41,204 nt of DNA, from assembly GCA_040381795.1 (NCBI GenBank), contig JBEIGR010000001.1, forward strand, positions 1 through 41,204, read 5' to 3'. A program made the position numbers and the translations under genes. Shown one piece after another: positions 35,706 to 41,204 of this stretch (the stretch's first letter is position 1; every line of letters starts with the position of its first letter). Source of the DNA: Verrucomicrobiaceae bacterium (GTDB taxonomy: Bacteria > Verrucomicrobiota > Verrucomicrobiia > Verrucomicrobiales > Verrucomicrobiaceae). A model generated the notes under the pieces. It did not search any database, was not told the DNA's origin, and was given only the letters and a program-made list of their open reading frames with translations.

Positions 35706-36587
35706 TCATTCCTTCGCCGCCGCTGACCTTCCGGGCATCTGCACGACCAGCGTCGCGATGAAGATCGTGCCCGCGCCGAGCCAGCCGATTAACTGGAGGC
35801 GTTCGCCGAGGAATAGAAAAGCGCCGAAGGCGGCGAAGAGGGATTCGGTGGAGAGAATCACCGTTGCCTCGGCGGCGCGGGTGGCACGCAGGGCCACGGC
35901 GAGCAGCGTGAAGGTCAGCGCACTGGATAGAATGCCCACATAAAGTAAATCGGGCGCGGCGCGGACCATCGCATCAAGGCTCAGCGGTTCTATAAACGAG
36001 GCGTTGATGCCCGCGAGCAAAGCGACGACGACGAATTGGACGGCGGTGAAGGTCGTGACCATGTCGAGACGAGCACCGATGCCCGTGATGATGACGTGCA
36101 GCGCCCACAGCAAGGCGGAGGCGGCTACCAGCGAATCACCGCGTGACAATGTGGCGAGGGATCCGCCGCCGAGCAGCCACGTTCCGAAAAACGACAGCAC
36201 CGCCGCTACCCAGATCCACGGTCCCGGCCGCTGCCCGAGCAATAGCCAGGCAAGGAAAGGTGTGATCACGACATACAGGGCGGTGAGGAAGCCACAGTTC
36301 GTCACGGAGGCAGTGACGAGGCCGGTTTGCTGAAGGGCCGCCGCACCAAAAAAGGCCACGCCCGCAGCGATTCCGATGCGAAGCATCTCCTGCTTGGTCA
36401 CACGGCCATGATTGCCAAGGCATTCACGCCATGCCAGCGGCGCCAAAGCGAGGCAGGCCAGCACGGAGCGGATCGCGATGAACCAAAACGGCCCCACATG
36501 CTCCATGGCCCGCTTTTGACACAGGAAGGCGAATCCCCACACGGCGGCACAGGCCAGCAAAAGGAGATCAGCGCGGAATCGGGTCAT
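35706..36587 (-). CDS. DMT/EamA family transporter
   Basis: About 10 TM segments in two EamA repeats, with ADLLLL..WGFAF, GFLTALYVV and LGERL motifs. Confidence 0.92.
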   Translation of the reverse strand: MTRFRADLLLLACAAVWGFAFLCQKRAMEHVGPFWFIAIRSVLACLALAPLAWRECLGNHGRVTKQEMLRIGIAAGVAFFGAAALQQTGLVTASVTNCGFLTALYVVITPFLAWLLLGQRPGPWIWVAAVLSFFGTWLLGGGSLATLSRGDSLVAASALLWALHVIITGIGARLDMVTTFTAVQFVVVALLAGINASFIEPLSLDAMVRAAPDLLYVGILSSALTFTLLAVALRATRAAEATVILSTESLFAAFGAFLFLGERLQLIGWLGAGTIFIATLVVQMPGRSAAAKE

Positions 36588-36617
36588 CCTGGCTTTTTAG
36601 CCGTGATGGGTGGTGAT

Positions 36618-37331
36618 TCAACGACCGCGTGGCTTCGCTCGTGCGGCGGGCTTGCGGCGGCGGGCGAGAACGAGAGCACGCTGAAGCTCCGCATTGCGCT
36701 GTTGGAGCTGGGAGACGGATTCATCCGGTGCAGGGTCAGTCGCGAAAGGCTGGGATAGAAGCGTTTCCATGGAAGGAAGCATGGGAAGACTGCCATGGCC
36801 GGAAACAGCTTTGGTGGCAGCGGCGAGCTCCTCCATCTGCTCCTCGCAGAAACTAGGTACCGCATGCTCAAAGGCACGTGGAGATTCTTCTGCAAGTAGC
36901 CTTTCCAGCTCAATGATGCGGGCTTTGGCACTGGGAAGCTCTGAGCACATGCGGCCGGCCGCATCCAGCGAGGCCTGGAGCTCTAAGACGCGGCGCTCAT
37001 GCTGCTCGTTGGCGATGTCGAGACGGTTCAAGCTGTCCGCAGCACGCAAATCGGCATCGTCGAGACGCTTTGCTGACTCGGCACGAAAGGCGTTAAACTG
37101 CCGCTGCATCTCGCCGCGCCAGGCATTGGCATCGGAGCGGATGTCGAGAATGCTCTTTTGCTGATCGAGGATCTGTTTTTCGAGTTTTCCAGAACGCTCC
37201 TCCATGTGCCGACGCTGACGCAGCAGCAGGATGATGCGGATAAAAGAGATCAGCAGCAGGCCGGTAAGGATACACAGCACGACGAAAAGCAGCTCTTCAT
37301 TTTGGGTCGCGAATTTGAGTTTCCAGTTCAT
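36618..37331 (-). CDS. Hypothetical single-TM coiled-coil protein, full-length copy (237 aa)
   Basis: N-terminal TM segment, long heptad-rich region and basic tail. Paralogous to two upstream short ORFs. Confidence 0.75.
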   Translation of the reverse strand: MNWKLKFATQNEELLFVVLCILTGLLLISFIRIILLLRQRRHMEERSGKLEKQILDQQKSILDIRSDANAWRGEMQRQFNAFRAESAKRLDDADLRAADSLNRLDIANEQHERRVLELQASLDAAGRMCSELPSAKARIIELERLLAEESPRAFEHAVPSFCEEQMEELAAATKAVSGHGSLPMLPSMETLLSQPFATDPAPDESVSQLQQRNAELQRALVLARRRKPAARAKPRGR

Positions 37332-37878
37332 ACCTGTTTATAGCAGCAAACATCAGGCCATTTCAATGAGCGGCTTGATCCTTCGCATCTGCGGATTTTT
37401 AACGCCCCGGAGCACCAAGTCGCGATGTCTTCCAGCCATCATTCCGGATCGTCACATGACTTTGTTGCGTCCGCTCGGAAGGCGTCAAACTGCCGCTGCA
37501 TCTCGCAGCGCCAAGCATTGGAATCGGAGCGGATGTCGAGAATGCTCTTTTGCTGATCGAGGATCTGTTTTTCGAGTTTTCCGGAACGCTCCTCCATGTG
37601 CCGACGCTGACGCAGCAGCAGGATGATGCGGATGAACGAGATCAGCAGCAGGCCGGTAAGGATACAGAGCACGACGAAAAGCAGCTCTTCATTTTGGGTC
37701 GCGAATTTGAGTTTCCAGTTCATGCCTGTTTATAACAGCAAACCTCAGGCCATTTCAATGCGCGGCTTGATCCTTCGCATCTGCGGATTTTTAACGCCCC
37801 GGAGCACCAAGTCGCGATGTCTTCCAGCCATCATTCCGGATCGTCACACCATTTTGTTGCGTCCGCTCGGAAGGCGTC
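37095..37878. repeat. Tandem direct duplication, 2 x 392 bp, followed by a more diverged third partial unit to 38115
   Basis: Units start at aaactgccgctgcatc at 37095, 37487 and 37879. Manual comparison gives about 14 mismatches between units 1 and 2. Confidence 0.92.
37439..37723 (-). CDS. Short chimeric paralog (94 aa) of the TM/coiled-coil protein
   Basis: The N-terminal 66 aa or so are identical to the 237-aa copy. The C-terminus FDAFRADATKSCDDPE matches the distal copy. Confidence 0.55.
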   Translation of the reverse strand: MNWKLKFATQNEELLFVVLCILTGLLLISFIRIILLLRQRRHMEERSGKLEKQILDQQKSILDIRSDSNAWRCEMQRQFDAFRADATKSCDDPE

Positions 37879-38115
37879 AAACTGCCGCTGCATCTCGCCT
37901 CGCCAGGCATTGGCATCGGAGCGGATGTCGAGGATGACCTTCTGCTGGTCGAGGATCTGCTTTTCGAGTTTTTCCTCCCGACGTCCCATCATCTGCAGTC
38001 TTCTCAAGAGAAGTAGAATCCGAATGGCGGCGATAAAAAGCAGCCCGATGACGATGCACAAGACGACAAAGAGCAGCTCTTCGTTTTGAGAGGCGAACTT
38101 TAAATTCCATTTCAT
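37831..38115 (-). CDS. Short diverged paralog (94 aa) of the TM/coiled-coil protein, possibly a truncated pseudogene
   Basis: MKWNLKFASQNEELLFVVLCIVIG..., with its start exactly 392 bp from the next copy's start. Confidence 0.55.
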   Translation of the reverse strand: MKWNLKFASQNEELLFVVLCIVIGLLFIAAIRILLLLRRLQMMGRREEKLEKQILDQQKVILDIRSDANAWRGEMQRQFDAFRADATKWCDDPE

Positions 38116-38222
38116 GACAATTTTAACCGTAAGCAGATCACGCGCCATTCTGGGGCCGGAACGCAAATTCCAGCTTGCGTTCACCCCCCAGCCGTCTAAA
38201 ACACGCGTTCGCCAACACAAAT

Positions 38223-38298
<76 letters not shown>

Positions 38299-38331
38299 CT
38301 CTCAAACGAGAGTGGTTAAGGCGAAGAGAGC

Positions 38332-39243
38332 TTATTTCTTCGGTTTTGGAGCTTCCTGCTTCGGATAGCCTTCCAGCTTCACCACGCTCACGGCGGCCTC
38401 CGTGGGGAAATCGGCTGGCACAGCGGCTGTCTGCTCCACATCACCGGTGGCAGCCCATTCGGTGCCACGTTGGATCAGCGTGAAGAAGCCGCGATCCAGC
38501 ATCGAGTAGTCCGCATGGCCGAGCGTGGTGTGGAAGACACGGCCTTGGTGATACTTGAGCACCAGATTGTTCGGCTCCTGCACGGCGGTGAGGTCCGATT
38601 TGGCACTGGAGAGGATCTCGACGTTCTCGGCCGGGCCGCGCAGCTTGCTGTAGAGTTCGTCTTTGCAATGCAACCAGCGCTTTGGCAGGCCACGGGTGAT
38701 GGGGTGTTCACTATTTTGGATCTCCACGATGAACTCATGCTGCGGGCCGTGGGCACCGCCATTGCCAGCGCTGGTATCGCGGAAGAGCTTTCCATCCTTC
38801 ACATAGAGCCAGGGGCCGCTCTTCTCATTTCGACCACCCCAGCCGCCCACGCCGATCATGTCGTTGTATTCCTTCCACTCGGGGAAGGAATTGTTCGCCG
38901 CATGCACGGACACAAAGCCACCGCCATCCGCAACGTATTTGGTGAAGGCATCACGCACGGTTTGGGGCCATGGCGCGCCGTTGTAATTGCTCACGACGGC
39001 CTTGTAGGCGGTGAAATCGGGTTTGAAGGCCTGCCAGGACTCGGGTGGCGATCCTTTTGGTGGTGAGGTGCTCACATCGACGGTGAAGGCGCCGCTGGAT
39101 TCCAGAGCATGTTTCAGAACCGGGGTGGTGATGTCCCATTTATGGTTGTTCTGGCCGTCCACGATGAGGACTTTGATTTTGTCCGCTGCGCAGAGTGTGG
39201 CAGCGGAACCGAGGAGGAGAAGGGAAGCGATGAAAAGGCGCAT
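38332..39243 (-). CDS. ThuA-like (class I glutamine amidotransferase fold) secreted protein
   Basis: Signal peptide, [38 protein letters not shown] and RGTEWAA motifs. Confidence 0.9.
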   Translation of the reverse strand: MRLFIASLLLLGSAATLCAADKIKVLIVDGQNNHKWDITTPVLKHALESSGAFTVDVSTSPPKGSPPESWQAFKPDFTAYKAVVSNYNGAPWPQTVRDAFTKYVADGGGFVSVHAANNSFPEWKEYNDMIGVGGWGGRNEKSGPWLYVKDGKLFRDTSAGNGGAHGPQHEFIVEIQNSEHPITRGLPKRWLHCKDELYSKLRGPAENVEILSSAKSDLTAVQEPNNLVLKYHQGRVFHTTLGHADYSMLDRGFFTLIQRGTEWAATGDVEQTAAVPADFPTEAAVSVVKLEGYPKQEAPKPKK

Positions 39244-39343
39244 AAGAAGGAGGTATTATCAAATCGCCCCTGTTCTGGCAAGAACGAAGGTTGCTCGCAG
39301 GCCTTCCGCGCTTCAAACTGGCTGCGGCCTTGCCTCAAGACCG

Positions 39344-40612
39344 ATGCTCATTCCCGCTCTCCTGCTTTATTTCGCCCTCCTTGCCCTGCTCGCGGTCATT
39401 TCCGCAGCGGAGACGGCGATTCATAGCGTTCGCGATGTGGAAAAGCAGCTCCAGGCAGCTGGCGAAGGTTCCGTGGCCCGTCACTTGCGGGAAATCAGCG
39501 CGAACCCCTTTGCGCCTTTGCAGCAGGCGCAGCTCCTTTCCGCCGCGCTGAACCTCTCTCTCGCCGCCATCGGCGTGTGGATCGTCACCGGTCCGCTCAA
39601 AGCCATGGGCTGGAATCCATGGCTGGCATCCTCCCTGCTATTCCTAGGCACCGTGATCCTCGGAGACATGGTGCCCAAATTTTTCGCTGCCAGAGCACCC
39701 GCCGTGGTGCTGCTGGCCAGCCTCCGCCTCCTGCGCCCGCTGCGCCGCGTGCTCGATCCGCTCACGAACATCGTGGACCGCACTGCGGATGCCTTGCTGC
39801 TCAAATTTGTGCCGCAGCATGTGAAGACGCGCCTGCCTGTCACCCGTGATGAATTCGAGACGCTCGTCGAAATGCGTGAGGAGCAGGGTCTCCTCGGCAG
39901 CGAGGAAAGCGCCATGATCCACGAGGCGCTGGAGATCGAGGGACTCACCGTGCGTGACTGCATGGTGCCTCGAGTCGATCTCCCGATGATGTCCGCCGAG
40001 GATGGCGAGACCAAAACGAATGCCATGCTCGAGCGGGCCGCCGGGCGCTTCGTCATCGTCTATGGCGAGACGCCAGACAGCGTGCTCGGCATCGTGGATG
40101 CCGCCGCATGGAAGCTCGCTGGGCGTCCTTCCTGGCGTGCCAGCCTGCAAACGCCCGCCTTTGTGCCCGAGACGATGCCCATCCTCGATGCGCTGAACGA
40201 GCACCTGCGGGATAAAACCATCCCGCTCATCATCGTGGACGAATACGGCGGCCTCGAAGGCATGATCAGCCGCCGTGAAATCGCTGATTGGCTGCTCTAC
40301 GATGCCGCTCCATGGCGTGGTGAGGCGGCGGAAATTCGCGATCTCGGTCACGGGCGCTTCCTTCTCGATGGAGGAGCACGCCTCGATCATCTCAAAGACG
40401 AGCTCGGCATCGACCTCGACACCGAAGCAGCCGGCATCGACACCATTGGCGGCCTGCTTTTCACCCATCTCGGGCATGTTCCCAAGCCTGGCGAACGCTG
40501 CCAGCTCGGTGAGGCCGAGTTCAAGGTGCGCCGCGTCGTTCGTGCTCGCATTCAGGAAGTGGAGCTGCGCCTCAAAAACAGGCCTGCCGATGCCGCCGAG
40601 GATCGAGATTGA
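39344..40612 (+). CDS. CNNM/hemolysin-family protein (CNNM, CBS pair, CorC/HlyC)
   Basis: SAAETA, GDMVPK, VRDCMVPR, VDEYGG and DTIGG motifs. Start reassigned to MLIPALL. Confidence 0.9.
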   Translation: MLIPALLLYFALLALLAVISAAETAIHSVRDVEKQLQAAGEGSVARHLREISANPFAPLQQAQLLSAALNLSLAAIGVWIVTGPLKAMGWNPWLASSLLFLGTVILGDMVPKFFAARAPAVVLLASLRLLRPLRRVLDPLTNIVDRTADALLLKFVPQHVKTRLPVTRDEFETLVEMREEQGLLGSEESAMIHEALEIEGLTVRDCMVPRVDLPMMSAEDGETKTNAMLERAAGRFVIVYGETPDSVLGIVDAAAWKLAGRPSWRASLQTPAFVPETMPILDALNEHLRDKTIPLIIVDEYGGLEGMISRREIADWLLYDAAPWRGEAAEIRDLGHGRFLLDGGARLDHLKDELGIDLDTEAAGIDTIGGLLFTHLGHVPKPGERCQLGEAEFKVRRVVRARIQEVELRLKNRPADAAEDRD

Positions 40613-40618
40613 TCCACA

Positions 40619-41204
40619 TCAGGTCAGCAGCCCGTCGATATGGATCAGGTGAAGCTGGCGACCGTTTGCGCCATCGGGAGCGTCGATGCAGACGAGCTTT
40701 TCATCGCGGCTGCTGCGCGGATGGCAGTCGCAGCGCCACTCGCCTTTGTATTCCGGCGGCTGCGGGAAGTAGCCCAGGTCGATGCGCTTCTTCGAGGCGA
40801 TGTGGTAAAGGTGCGGCGTCTGGATGCGGCGCACGCCTTGGGCGTAGGTGTCGTTGAGAATCCACTCGTTGTTCTTGAGGTAGGTGAGGTGCCCGCCTTT
40901 ATCGAGGATGCCGTGGCCGATCTCCTCCACGATGCCACTGTCCTTGTCCTCGAAGAGGAAATCACCCCAGTCGTTGTTTCCAAGCCAGCCCTTCGCCTGC
41001 GAGAGGATGTGCGTGGCATCCCGCCAGATAAAATGGGAAGCGTAGCCATTCGGGATCACGATGCGCAGGTCACTGCCGTCCATGTTCGCCGTGATGAGCC
41101 GCGTGAGATGGCCGCCCTTCGGCTGCGTCCAGCGGTGCAGCATGATGAAGCGCTTCCCATCCGGCCCCACGAGCAAATGATACGCGTGATGCTTCGAATC
41201 GGGA
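40619..41204 (-). CDS. 3' part of a beta-propeller protein (oligogalacturonate lyase / TolB-like); 5' end lies outside the window
   Basis: The frame stays open to the window edge, with PDGKRF..LHRW, SHFIWRD, NDTY and WRCDCHPR motifs. Confidence 0.75.
   Translation of the reverse strand, partial: PDSKHHAYHLLVGPDGKRFIMLHRWTQPKGGHLTRLITANMDGSDLRIVIPNGYASHFIWRDATHILSQAKGWLGNNDWGDFLFEDKDSGIVEEIGHGILDKGGHLTYLKNNEWILNDTYAQGVRRIQTPHLYHIASKKRIDLGYFPQPPEYKGEWRCDCHPRSSRDEKLVCIDAPDGANGRQLHLIHIDGLLT

Noticed and set aside
37095-38115. CRISPR array or DGR template/variable repeat pair
   Set aside because: The units are 392-bp gene-containing duplications without spacers, the mismatches are not adenine-specific, and there is no cas or RT gene.

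Overview
GC-rich chromosomal window, most likely from a verrucomicrobium of the Prosthecobacter/Verrucomicrobiaceae type. This is inferred from the PSD1/DUF1549-DUF1553 cytochrome genes, DUF1501 and DUF1080 genes, a dcw cluster with a LysM gene between murD and ftsW, and pyrimidine-rich leaders with few Shine-Dalgarno sites. From left to right it holds: btaA-btaB (betaine lipid synthesis); a CTAG-bounded MITE-like element; a 37-codon internally deleted metY-like remnant; menC; a 670-bp spacer packed with several repeat families and the 5' end of a probable class IIC group II intron; a half-size ALDH; a VapBC-like pair coupled to truA; porin, CPA2 antiporter and ABC ATPase genes; two PSD1 cytochrome genes; a partial dcw cluster (rsmH-ftsL-ftsI-murE-murF-mraY-murD-LysM-ftsW, with no mraZ and no murG onward); a histone-like protein; a Tat TIM-barrel protein; a PSD1-DUF1080-DUF1501 operon; a shrunken Aas-like acyltransferase; a DMT transporter; a 392-bp-period triplicated membrane-protein gene beside tRNA-Lys(CTT); and ThuA, CNNM and beta-propeller genes. 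The most unusual signal is a 9-bp (CCGTCAGAT-like) tandem repeat written in frame at the same homologous position (right after GLPP) in all three PSD1 paralogs, in a region whose spacers also carry inverted 7-, 9- and 15-mer tandem arrays. All calls come from reading motifs by eye; no database search was run.
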